Origin: Halocafeteria seosinensis
Taxonomy: Eukaryota
DNA: 64,000 bases
Assembly (NCBI GenBank): GCA_001687465.1
Contig: LVLI01000172.1
Coordinates: 248,001 to 312,000, forward strand
Direction of reading: 5' to 3'
The notes under the pieces are model-generated. The model was not told the origin of the DNA, ran no database searches, and was given only the letters and a program-made list of their open reading frames with translations. The translations under genes and the position numbers were made by a program. Positions 26,749-38,778 of the stretch are shown one piece after another; positions within the stretch are counted from its first letter, which is position 1; each line of letters opens with the position of its first letter.

Positions 26749-29700
26749 ATGGAGCATAATACAGCAGCCAGGCCACCGGGGCCACCGCAGACCACCTCCA
26801 GAGAGAGGAATCACGATTCCATTGGCTCCCAGAGACGCTCCCAGGAGTCGATTCCACGCGGTACGGGTTCAACTTCTCCCTTATTATTCACTTCGGCCTC
26901 CTGGGCACTCCCGACAATGGCTTCAACACCGATGGGCACTCCTCGATCTCCGACCGCGTGTCGATTCCAGCAAATGCCGTTTGATGAGTCCCTATTCGAG
27001 ATAAAACAGCTCCGAAAAGCAATGTTAGAGACGACCAATGGGAGCGCCACGAGCAGTACCCCCAGTGCACGGGCTGCCAACATGAGGCAGAGGATTCAGA
27101 CGCCGAGTAGAAGCAGAGCGAATAGTCGTGAGCAAGAGAAGATTGAACTGAAAGAGTAAGTGACGTGTTGGTGCATGGATGGGTCCTGAAGAATCTGACG
27201 CTACCCCGACTACTGCAGAATTTCGGACCCAATACCGGAAAGTGGTATTGAAGCACTCGTATTGGCATTCACAGGAATGGAAGAAGAGGATGAGGAGGAT
27301 GACACAGGTGGCCACGCGGAGCGAAATGGAGACTCGGCGGGAGACGACAATGCACACAGTCTCACAATTCGGACACCCACTGCTAGTGGGAACAGATCAT
27401 GGGGCAACTCATGGGCCAATGCGAAATCCCGTGCTAACAGAGGGAATGCCTCTACGGTGAAGAAGGCTGAAGAGAATGTGAGCGAGCCGCGTCTGACACA
27501 GCTATTCGTCAGAGAATCTTCGTTCGAAAAAGGGACGTTCCGTTTGTCACTGCATAATGAGACACATCTCAGGACTGCGCTGAGTAATGTTAAAGAAATT
27601 CGTCTTTCGGGATGCAATTTGGGGAGTGTTCCACGTGAGTTGTTTGAGCTACCGGCGCTAACATCATTGGATCTGTCGCACAATCCGTTGGAAGCACTCC
27701 CTGATAGCTTTTGGGAGTGCAAATCTTTGCGCCGTCTGGAACTTCAATGTGAGGATCGAAGTATGATGCCCTCACACAACGAACGAATCAGTTCTGGAAC
27801 AGAATTCCTAAATGATCTGGACGGGACAAAGCCTCAAAAGCCAACGCATGCTCAGCTTCTGGTATTTCCCCCTCCATTTAAGCATAGAGGCAATCAGGAA
27901 TTACCTCAGCTTACTTACATCGACATCCGAGGATGTGGGGTGGATGAAATTTCAGATCAAATTCGCCATATCCCGTGTCTCCATACTTTTAAGGCCTCCG
28001 GGAACAATATCTCTTGTTTGCCGAACGAACTTTCGTCACTTAAACGGTTATGTATAGTTGAGGTGGAAGACAACCCTCTGTGCTCTGTTCCTCCTTCTCT
28101 CACGGAGAAACCGGGGCTGGAGCTTATCAGTGGGGTACCAACCGAAATTTTACCGGGACTGTATCTTGGCGACGTCAAGAGCGCAAGAAACAGTCGCTCT
28201 CTAGATTGCCGGCATGTAAAGCGTATTGTTTCTGTTATTGAATCCGTAGACGCAGTTGTGCAGTCGGGACGTGATACGTTGGTCGTTGACGTCAAGGATA
28301 GTCCGGCCGAAGATTTAGGCTTTTCCGATTGCCCATTTCCCTATTTCGCCCGTTTCTGCTTACTTCCAAAGACAGATACGCCGTCGCCTTCTCTTTTAGG
28401 CCTTGTAGCACCTGAAGACGACGTCAAGAGTGAAGGCTCCTGGGGCGAATCCTCCAGCTCTTCGAGACAGCGTACTCCTGGTATAAGCCTTGGTAGCGAA
28501 CAATTTCTTCGAGAAGATCGTATGATCCGCCTTTGGGAACAATGTGGCATCAAAGTGACTAAAAGCGACGGCCAGCAGCATATGAGTGTACCCCCTTGTT
28601 TGCTTCCAAGGGGTACCAATCCGGACCATATACCCAACGTCGAGCTGCATATCGCAAACAGAAGGCTTCATGCTGAAGCTAAAGAACGACTTCCTGCAAC
28701 GTTTGCCGACAACTTTTTCGGCGGAGAGCCTGTTCTCATACACTGCCGTGCCGGTGTTTCCCGGTCTGCAACCCTAGCGATTGCGCTGGTAATGCTGGCC
28801 TGTAAGAAGCCACTTTTATCTGCCTTCCTACATGTTAAGCAGCGTCGCGGCAGTATTTCACCAAATTTGGGGTTCTACAAGCAGTTAGCTAAATTCGAAT
28901 CCACTCTTTTACAAAACGGCATCCTATCCAGCTTGCACAATGACTTTCACAGCCAGCCGGATCAGACGACTTGCTTTCCAAGCATGTCTGTACAAGAGTA
29001 TTTGAGTCTTAGTTCATCTCTGATTACAGCCGATGTGTGGGAAGCGAGGTATGGGAGCAGAGATGCTAAGATTAAGTTTGGTGCTCTGAATTCAGAGAGC
29101 AGCTCAGCAAAACTGCGTTCTTTCAACACCTTTGGAGATGGGATCGAGCGCTCGAACGTGTCTCGTCCTGCTGCCTGCAACAGTATCGAAGCCACGTCGA
29201 GTAGCGCAGATGACTTCTCCAACGACATAGTCGGCATCGATATCAACGAAGACTCTGGCCAGTATGAAATGTCCCCTCCGACGCTTCTCCCGTGTCACGG
29301 TAATGAATGTTTTCAGGTCCCGGAAGAACAAGCACCTAACGTTGATTCTGCTCCCTTCTCTGCGTCGACGCCGTCGGGGCAGTGCGAAGAATTTGAGCTT
29401 GGCGTAGAGACCTCTGCATCGAGCTGCACAATATCGCAAAACCAACAAGAGCAAATAGGGTCTATTGACCGTTGCTCCACCACCATCAGCACGGCATGGT
29501 TATTTGAGTCCGATTCTACGCCTGCTCAGCACCACGCTTCATCAATGCTTTTGCCTCCACCGATGTCCACTTCTTGGTGGCATGACGTTTCCAAACGTGG
29601 TAGAGAGGGAAAGCCTGCGGCTGATACTGACCGACCATCGAAACTGGAAATTCAACCAAGTCATATATCTTTCTTCATATGGCAGGCGGACGGAACCAAC

Positions 29701-30228
29701 AAAACGGCTTTTACTCACATCCCTATGAACGCATCAAATAGAATCGTTGTCAACGATACAGCCCAGAAACTTTTAAGGAGTAACATGTCTCGGCACAAAC
29801 TTACGGAGACGGAAGCGGCTCGATTGCTCCGGGTAGCCGTTCCTTCTGCTGGTGGTACAGGGTATTTCGGGGTGAGGAACCCTTACGTACCATACAACTC
29901 GATATCGTTTGGGGGCCTAAACCACAGCTTGGAAAAGACCACTCCCCGGAGCAAGCCTAATGAGCAAAATGTGAGCGACGCATCATCGATTGCTTCGCGG
30001 AATGTACGCAAGGTAACCTCGTTGATGAATCTCAACTCTTTAGATCCCGAAGAGGATGAGGATGTGAAGACGAATGGACACAAGTCCACGAATGGAGGAA
30101 CTGATGAGCAAGGTGATAAACTTCGACTTCTCCTGAGACCTTCACTTATGTATGCGAACACATCACACAGAACGTCATGGAAGGAGCGTGGCAGACGAGG
30201 CAGGCGGCGAAACAGTTTCGGCATCTAG
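26749..30228 (+). CDS. Leucine-rich-repeat dual-specificity protein phosphatase (LRR-DSP)
   Basis: Exon 26749-27155 splices in frame at ~27219. LRRs (LTSLDLSHNPLEALP), DSP start PTEILPGLYLG, catalytic HCRAGVSRS (28741-28767) and ISPNLGFYKQL. Confidence 0.88.
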
Positions 30229-30330
30229 CAACGTCATCACAGTATTACGATTCATTGTACAATTTGTACGGTAGATCTGTTTATTGGGTTTCCCTTTCTT
30301 AAGAATTGTTATAATAATGTCAAATACTCC

Positions 30331-33300
30331 TTAGTACATATTAACGTCACCGTTAGCTGGCGGAGAGGCTCCGGGAGAGCTATCCTCTTCAGCTTTTCCA
30401 GCTCTCTTCCTCTGAACATTGAAAACGAGGGGTACTTCGCCTCCAGAGAGACCACCTCTGGTGGCCCCTGTTGTTTTCCCGGTAGGGTCTACGTCGACTG
30501 TAACGTAACAATTTTCGCGAATTTCACCGCTGATCATCTTAGTAGAAATAGCTGTGGAAATATGCTTTTCTATCCAACGTCTCAGTGGCCGAGCACCGAA
30601 CGCTGGCGAGTAAGCTGCTTCCAGGATTGCATCAATCGCAGCGGTAGTTAGTTGAACGTCAATCTTACGCTCCCGTAACTTCCCAAGCACCTGATCCACC
30701 TGCTGCGTAATAATGCTTCTCAGATGTTGTTGCTGAAGAGGTCCGAACATAATTATATCATCCAACCGGTTCAGAAACTCCGGTACAAAGTGTTGTCTGA
30801 CCATGTTCATCACCTGCTCTTCTGTCTCAGTCGGAATGACATTAGAGCCTGTGACACCACCGACATCCGCCCCAACATCAGTTTTGCGCTGTTTCCTTTG
30901 AGACTCCTGACTCATGGCGCTTTCAAGAAGATACTGTGCTCCAACATTACTCGTCAGAATGATGACAGCATTCGTAAAGTCCACTGTCCTTCCTTGGCCA
31001 TCAGTCACCCTGCCGTCGTCCAGTATCTGGAGGAGGACATTCAAAACCTGTCTGTGTGCCTTCTCTACTTCGTCAAAGAGGATTACATTATATGGTCGAC
31101 GTCGAACTTTCTCGGTGAGTTGCCCTCCTGCTTCGTATCCCACGTATCCCGGAGGAGCGCCAATAAGTCTTGACACTGAATGCGATTCCATGTATTCAGA
31201 CATATCTATGCGTACGATATTCTTATCGTCATCAAATAATTCGGCAGCGAGAGCTTTTGCCAATTCCGTTTTGCCGACACCAGTCGGCCCTAGGAACATA
31301 AAGCTCCCTGTTGGTCGTCGTTCGTTTGACATACCTGCGCGGGACCTCAGAACCGCACTTGCAACGGCTTCCACGGCAGCATCCTGGCCGACTACACGTT
31401 CCTTTAATCGATCCCCCAGTTTGAGCAGTCTTTCCTTCTCAGAAGTAGTGAGGTTCTTTACAGGAATTCCAGTCCATCGTGACACCACGTCCGCAATAGC
31501 TTCAGGAGTAACCACTTCAGACAGCAATTTGTCGCTTTCCCCAGTAGCTGCAGCGTGTGCTTCTTGTTCTTGATGTTCTTTAGAAAGACGCTGAAGATGG
31601 GCTTCCGTATCCGGAATAGCGCCGTAACGCAAGTCAGCAGCACGTTGCATCTCGCCGTTTCTTTCGGCTTGCGCAAGTTTTTGCTTCAAACCCTCCAGCT
31701 TCTGCTTGATTTGGCGAAGTTCGTCAACTCGTTTCTTTTCTTCTTGATGTTTCAATATGAGTGGTTGCAGTTCGTCTTCCACTTTGCCGAGTTCCTTCCG
31801 CACGTTCTTCAGCCTGTCTTTGCTCGCTTGATCTTTCTCTTGTTCTAACGCGGTTTTCTCTACCTCAAGCTGAAGTTTCCGGCGTTCCAACTGGTCAATG
31901 ACTTCCGGTTGACTGTCCAATTGGACGCGAATGTTTGCACAGGCTTCGTCGACCAAATCGATCGCTTTATCAGGAAGGAATCGCTCTGTTACGTATCTCT
32001 GGGCAAGTTTTGCAGCCAGGACAAGAGCCGAGTCCATAATACGGACACCATGGTGAGTTTCGTAAGAGTCTCGTAGCCCCCTTAGAATCGACACAGTATC
32101 TTCGATCGTCGGCTCGCCTACTTGTACATGTTGAAATCGGCGTTCAAATGCTGCATCCTTCTCTATATGTTTGCGATATTCTTCCAAGGTAGTCGCCCCA
32201 ATGCATCGGAGTTCACCACGGGCAAGCATTGGTTTCAGCAGGTTGGCAGCATCCATTGCCCCACTAGTTTGACCGGCTCCTAATACCAAATGCATTTCGT
32301 CAATAAACAAAACGATGCCTCCTTCACTTTCTTTTACTTCTTTCAACACAGACTTCAGCCTGTCTTCAAATTCTCCGCGGTAGGAAGCCCCAGCAACAAG
32401 CGCACCCATATCCAACGAGATGACTTTGCACCGTAAGTTCTCAGGCACATCTCCTAAAACAATTCTTTGTGCAAGTCCTGCGCGGTAATATTCACTAATG
32501 TGAGAAATTGCTAATAGTTACATGGCATAATACTTAAGCATACCTTCTACAATTGCCGTCTTTCCTACACCGGCTTCGCCCACCAGTACGGGATTATTCT
32601 TCGTTCTCCGCGAGAGAATCCGAATCGTCCGTCTGCAAGTACGTTATTAGTATTCAAGGATGATGGTACCGAGAAAGCAATGATTGGGCCTTCAGCACTA
32701 CCAATGACCCTTACCTTATTTCATCATCTCTCCCAATGACGGGATCCAATTTGCCTTCTTCGGCAAGCGCAGTGAGGTCTTGTCCGTATCGCTCGAGAGC
32801 ATCGTAAGTCTGTTCGGCATTTTTACTGCACCATCCAACAGAGCAAGAAAACGTCAGCAGGTGCCAAATGAAATACCGCTGTTCAGGAAAGCACTAAGGC
32901 TCAGATACAGAATGTTTCACCCTTGTAACCCGGTGTGACGTCATCAATTTCCCGTCCCCCCTGACTTTCCCTATGCAACCTTTTTTGTTATTTTTCCGCG
33001 GCTTGTTCGACAAATAGAAGGTGAGAAATCCCGGGTACCGTAATACGTACCTTGTCGCTTGTTTATTGCCTTTCACTTCCTTGATAGCTTCTTGGACTTT
33101 GCCAGTATCCACTTTGGCTTCCTTCAAGGCTTTCTTGACGGCACTGTCGCTCAGCAAGGCGGAGAGTAAATGATCGACTGACAGGTAGGTATCGCCAGTA
33201 CTCGACTTTTGTAGTTGCGAAGCATTCCTCAGCACTTTTATCAAAGAGGACCTGGGTTGTGCTTCTTCGGGGGCAGGATCTTGCCGTGGTAAATTGCTCA

Positions 33301-33511
33301 CATGCTGATCGACGGCAGACTTGAGTGCGTTGACGTCCACTTCAGCCTTCCGGAAAACTCGCGGAGCGAGCCCATTCGAATCGTCGAGGAGCGCACTCAA
33401 GACATGGAGTGGCGAAATACCTTGACTGCAGGCATTTTCGTGCGCTAAAGACTGAGCCGATGATATGGCTTCATTAGTCTTTTGGGTAAATTGATTCGGA
33501 TCTAAACTCAT
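30331..33511 (-). CDS. HSP101: Cytosolic Hsp101/Hsp104 (ClpB-family) disaggregase
   Basis: Exons 33511-33051, 32825-32715, 32632-32544, 32477-30331. Clp N-domain, two AAA+ modules ([22 protein letters not shown]), [11 protein letters not shown] and FGARPLRR. Confidence 0.96.
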
Positions 33512-33794
33512 TTTTCCCTCTTTATTCTATCCTTCTTGCGAAGCAACACCACGCTGGAACTGAAGTCACTCAAACTCGGATGCAGAGAAAGTGGTGAGAA
33601 TCTCTCACTGAAATTGATCGATCTTGAATAATTATATACGCAAAACAAAACAGCCGTGTTTAGTTCAATGCTTTATCAAATCCAATGGATTTTCTTATAC
33701 TACTACTGCCATACCGTGGTGTGGAATCGCAACCCGACCCAAGTTGCTTTGTGAAGGCCACACGGACGGGAAGGGGTTGAAGCAGCAGAACGAT

Positions 33795-33826
33795 AGAACT
33801 TTCAATGGTTTCTCATCTTCTAGAAG
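33795..33826. promoter_or_regulatory. Putative heat-shock elements (inverted nGAAn units) upstream of HSP101
   Basis: aGAActTTCa (33795-33804) and cTTCtaGAAg (33817-33826), about 290-315 nt upstream of the HSP101 ATG. Confidence 0.4.
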
Positions 33827-34311
33827 CCGAAGGTTTTACTTCTGTCTGGAACATGTTGATGCATGTCGATAGCAACGATGCCCTGGTACTGTGGGAATGA
33901 ATGTGTAAGAGGAAATCCAGCATTGTTTGTATGGGCAGTGCGACCAAACTTCAGCCGCTGAAGTTGAGGCTGAAGTTCTCACAGAAACAGGTTGCACTGT
34001 CGATGGGTGCTTCCCAGCGGTTCTTTATCCATTGATGAATTATGTGTCGGGTCGAATACGCCAATAGAAGGAATGAAGAGTCGATAGTACGGAGGCGGAA
34101 AGACTAAGTTGGAGGAAGGGGTAAAATGGAATGGAGCCCAGATGAACCAGATGACGGTGGTGGAACCCTGTGCATTTATTGCAGGAACGCACAAATTCAG
34201 AAATTCTACCTACATGAAGCACATACCAAGTTCACTAACGTCCTAGCGAAAGATCGAGCGGTCTTACAGAAGTCGTAGCATGATAAATGCAGGTCCTCCG
34301 TAGCCAAGTGC

Positions 34312-35625
34312 TTAGAAGACGAGGGGGATCAGTTTGTATGGCACCTGCTGACAATATCTGTCCCAAGCATGGCCATATTTCAATTGGCATCGTTCATCAT
34401 CGCGGAAAAGGCGATGGAGCAGCAGTATGGTCAAGTAGATTCCATACATACAGGGATAGATGTCCTTCGGAACCACTCCGGGAATGCACCACAAGAACGC
34501 TGCGAGGATTTCGAAGACGTAATGGACATGGCGCGCTACTCCCCACCAGCCGCTAACGAGTAATGAAGACTGGGAGTCAGTGGAGATATAAGCAGCAGGT
34601 TGACCCCATATCTTGGCCTGGTGTCCGTGCAGTTTGAAGTTGTACTTTTGCATATCCGCATCCCAGTTGGCATATATGGAGAGGATACCAATTACAGCTG
34701 CAATAGTTGGCCCAACTATGGCAGTCGATTCACTGTGGACATATGCCAGAGAGGCACACGTATAAAAAGCGGGCACCCATACAAAGCAGCCCCATTCTGT
34801 GTAGTAACCAGCGCGGTCGTGTTGCATGTCCATAGACCGCAGGTATCCTCCTTCCCACAGGAAAAATTTGAAAATGTAGACCAACTGAAGACCAACTGAC
34901 ACTAAGAGTGGAGCGTTAAGCGTCTTTGAGGCGGCCACATAAGACAGCAGCAGGATTGGCCAGAGCATCATACCGATCCGACAATTGATCAGTTGCTTAA
35001 TTTGGACTCCTCCAATTTCAGGATGAAGTTCAGTCCCCCAGTAAAAATCCATCAAAGCACTATGAGATGTTCCTGAATCGGTAGAACTAGGATAGTACAG
35101 TCCCTTGAACATCAACAGGCAACAAGCACCTAACGCCAGGATATGAGCTGCGCACAGCAGAGGCACGATGTTGTGATACAACCAGTCTCGGGGAAGGGGC
35201 CAGTCCAACGACCACACAAAGATATTGACGAAAAAGCAGACAATGCCTGCACCTCTATACTGAGGGATATGGCCTCTTGGTGTGGTTGCCCCATCGATTT
35301 TCGGAGATAACAGCAGTAGGACACTCTGGAAAGCGATCCATCCTGCCCAGAACACAAATACTTGAGCATTGAGCTCAAAAGGGAAACGTGATGCTTGTTT
35401 GTCAGCAATCCAGTTGGCCCATGAGCCTCCGTACTCTTTCCCTACAACGCCAATGACTGGTGCAATCCATGACGTGGCGGCGATCAGGAAGATGAGCAGG
35501 ACTCTGTATTGCGTGGTAATCGCTGGCTCCACGTCATGGTTGGATAGTGGCTCCTTTGTCGGGCTTATGTCATTCCGTTTCCCTAATGGTTGCTTCTCCT
35601 TCTTGGCTGTGGCCCGCGGTGCCAT
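34312..35625 (-). CDS. DHCR7: 7-dehydrocholesterol reductase (sterol delta-7 reductase, DWF5-type)
   Basis: Intronless 437-aa multi-pass membrane ORF with DFYWGTELHP, NCRIGMM, FFLWEGGYLRSMDMQHDRAG, LLVSGWWGVARH and RDDERC..KYG..W..YC..VPY. Confidence 0.9.
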   Translation of the reverse strand: MAPRATAKKEKQPLGKRNDISPTKEPLSNHDVEPAITTQYRVLLIFLIAATSWIAPVIGVVGKEYGGSWANWIADKQASRFPFELNAQVFVFWAGWIAFQSVLLLLSPKIDGATTPRGHIPQYRGAGIVCFFVNIFVWSLDWPLPRDWLYHNIVPLLCAAHILALGACCLLMFKGLYYPSSTDSGTSHSALMDFYWGTELHPEIGGVQIKQLINCRIGMMLWPILLLSYVAASKTLNAPLLVSVGLQLVYIFKFFLWEGGYLRSMDMQHDRAGYYTEWGCFVWVPAFYTCASLAYVHSESTAIVGPTIAAVIGILSIYANWDADMQKYNFKLHGHQAKIWGQPAAYISTDSQSSLLVSGWWGVARHVHYVFEILAAFLWCIPGVVPKDIYPCMYGIYLTILLLHRLFRDDERCQLKYGHAWDRYCQQVPYKLIPLVF

Positions 35626-36527
35626 ACTGCTTGTGTATGGTCCGAATAAATCCTCGTAAAGGACCGAGTTCGGCGCTACTAAAGACCCTGTTCCAAGGGA
35701 TCGTTAGACAAATCTGCAGCCTCCAAAAAAAAAAAACAAAAAGACGCTGGCGTTATCCCTGTGAATACGTCGGTCGATTCAAGGATGGCTCCCTTTTCCA
35801 GATAGAAACAGAGAAAAACTCCTAATATGAAATATTCCGTAGAGGTTTAAATGGTAATAAACAACTTGCAAGCAGATAAATCAACCAGAAACGACAAAAA
35901 GGGTTTTCAGGGGAAGTCACAGGGGAAAAAAGTGGCACTTCACTTTGCTGTTTTGTTCCCTCCGGGATATGGACCCGGAACTCTCATGAACACGCACCTT
36001 GTTGGGGTTGCTTCGCGACGCACGCGTTGACAAACTAAACAGCTGAGCTTTGAAGAGACATATAGACAAACTGCTCTTTGGGGTCACTCACGTCAGAGGG
36101 GAACGCACACGCAACGCTCGAGTCGTGCGGAAGTAGACTTAATGATTGTCTTGTTGGGCAGCGAGCGACCGTGAGATTCCCCACGCCAACCTTGGAGTTG
36201 GGTCTAGCTCACATCATCTGAAGGGTTTGGTCGACAGTGGCTAGTAAAAATAGAGTGGCTCCTTGTAGCAGTGGGTGCTTGGAAAATCGGGGAAAGAGAG
36301 AGAGAGGGAGATTCCACGGCTTGGAGATTCTTGGCGAAGTGCTCCACGAGTGAGTGTCGGTCGCAGGATCAGGGGATGTCAGAGACCTTATAGAGTGATA
36401 CGAGACGATACCCACGTGCAGAGCAGTTCGACACGGATCTACCACCCCAGGAACGGATGGTTGCAAAATTTTGGTGGCCTTGAGAGCAGACAATACCCTA
36501 GGTTGATTCTGCCAACTCGGAACAAGT

Positions 36528-37725
36528 ATGACATCTTACAACAAGGCAGTGTCCGAGGGAAGGAAGCTCTTTGGAAAGAGAAGCTTTGGAGAAGCGCTTG
36601 AATATTTCGATGCCGCCGCGACGAAAGCTGAGACAGAGGATGAGCATGAGAAGCACCTTGAGGCGCTGCTGCTACGAGCGCAGACCGCCCAGGTCATGGA
36701 GATGCATGACCAGGCTGTAGCAGCTTGTGATCAAGCAATTATGATGGCTGATAGATACGAAGACGTACCGACACCTTTGGTCCTCGGGGCCTATGCTCTT
36801 CAGACAAGGAGCTACAATGAACAAAATCAGCCACAATCGGCACTAAAAGCGTCCGAAACGATGTTAAAACTAAATCCATGGGCAATCGAAGGCTACCAAG
36901 CAGCTGGTAGAGCCTTCATTAAACTAGGCTATCCGGCGGAAGGAAAGCGTTGGTACGAACGAGCCATACAGATTGATCCCTACAATCCTGCTAGTATCAC
37001 TGCCGTGCTAGAGTGTCTGGTGGAACTCAAGCAGTACTCAGTTGCGAGTGATAGGGCAACTAAGGCGGAAGAGTGTCTTGATACGTCCATATGCCGTAAA
37101 TACGGGGTGTACTATTGGAAGGGGGTTGCTCTAGCGAAGATGGGGAGCCACGCTCAGGCTGTGGAATATTTCGCGAAGGGTTTCGTGCGCGGCTTCACGA
37201 AGAACGCCGTAGCTGATGCTGAATCTCACCTGGAGCTGGGTAAATTGAATAAAGCCTTTCAAAAGGTCGAGGAGGCACTTGAACAAGATCATTCTAATAT
37301 AGAGGCACTCTACGTAAGCCATCTCAAGACTAGTTTATTGAGCATTGGACAATCTGGATGTGTTGTTTGCTACTTTTGCAGCTGAAAGGTAGACTGCTCA
37401 AGGAATCTGGCGACCCTTCCTCAGCCATTTCCCTTTTTGACCAAGTAATTCGTATAGACCCGTACCATGCGAAGGCGTATGTTGGTACGTGCGCGTTTTA
37501 TCTTACCAGTGTGTTGTTTTCAATGCAAATACGGTTCTCGTTGGCTCAGGTCGCGGATCGTGCATGTCTGCACTCTATAATTTTGACGAAGCGCATGCCA
37601 CTTTGGAAAAAGCTCGTGAAGTTTGTTCTGGGGAAGACGAAGAGACACAAAGGGAGATTTCGGAACAAATTCGAACTGCCCTCTATGGGGCTGGTGGAGG
37701 TGGCCACAATGTTGCTGGGGTGTAA
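36528..37725 (+). CDS. TPR-repeat protein
   Basis: Exons 36528-37313, 37382-37484, 37550-37725. Repeated TPR signatures (YERAIQIDP, YYWKGVALAKMG, FDQVIRIDPYHAKAY). Confidence 0.82.
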
Positions 37726-38778
37726 TTCTCTATTGGCTAGGAATAGAGACAAATTTATGGTCGTAACGTTTACGTTTTGTAAAAGGGTCCCGATATACAT
37801 ACACACAGCATTATATTAAACCGACTTAGCAGAGGATCCCCAAATTACGTTAGACAGACACCACCATTGACACCTCGGGCAGCTACTGGTAGCTTGGTAG
37901 CTAGGTTCAGGTAGAACCACCACGAGCCCTCGGTGCGTCCTGCTAGTCGTATCAACTAGAATTATCGGTATGGCGCGTCGCCTTGCAAAGTAGATACACT
38001 CCTTTCCACAGGAAAAAAATGTCGTCGAAAACTGTTGGCCTGTATGGCTTCAGCTTCGTTCTCAGTGGGACCCTCTCTTCCTGCTCCTTCTCAGACGCAG
38101 TAAAGCACTGATTGCACGTGACTGAACTCGTGCTCTTGTCCCCTCCTTAGTGATTTTAGGCAGTCTTGGGTTTGGATGCGAGGTGCCAGATCCTGGGACC
38201 TCGGCCCGAGTGGAGCGAGAAAGAACAGTGGTCGCAAGAGGTCCCACGAGATTCAGCAGAAGCAAGAAAGCAAAGCGCGCGTTCGTGTGCAGTTTTGATT
38301 GCTACCACATACATGTTCGCTCCTGTCGTGGTGGTGGTGGTTCCTAATAATGCACCTACTGACAGTGTCGTGCGTGCATGCATGCAATAGAGAAGAAAAA
38401 GAGGAGGGGGATACATGCTCATCAACGCGGGTCTTTAGTGAGAGTCCCCTATTTCCTTTGGTTGTTTCGTGTATGTACTGCTTACGAGAGCTCACTCTTC
38501 TTTCATCCCTCGAAGGCGTCATTGCTGTCTGGCAGTAGGAGAAGTGGGAGAAAAAGGGTCTGGAAGAAAGTGAGGAGTCTGTTGCTCTCGGCAAGGTGGG
38601 AGGCGCATTACGGACGCGTATTCTAGCATGGATGGCACTCCTGAGAGCCACCGGAGGCTGACGCCTCAGTCTCCCGGTTCATTTGTACGAGTAAGTGTCT
38701 GTGGGAATGGGAAAATGACCCCCCTTGTACGGAGTATCCTTTGAATGTCGGAAGTTGCAGGCGGCTTTGGATAAGGCC

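Noticed and set aside
30724..31848. Plus-strand ORFs of up to 219 aa
   Set aside because: Antisense shadows of the conserved HSP101 coding sequence.
33947..33977. Palindrome aacttcagc-c-gctgaagtt with a repeated arm
   Set aside because: Short, isolated and without supporting context.
37800..38700. Cluster of short overlapping ORFs upstream of paralog A
   Set aside because: No coding signature; more likely promoter or 5' UTR sequence.
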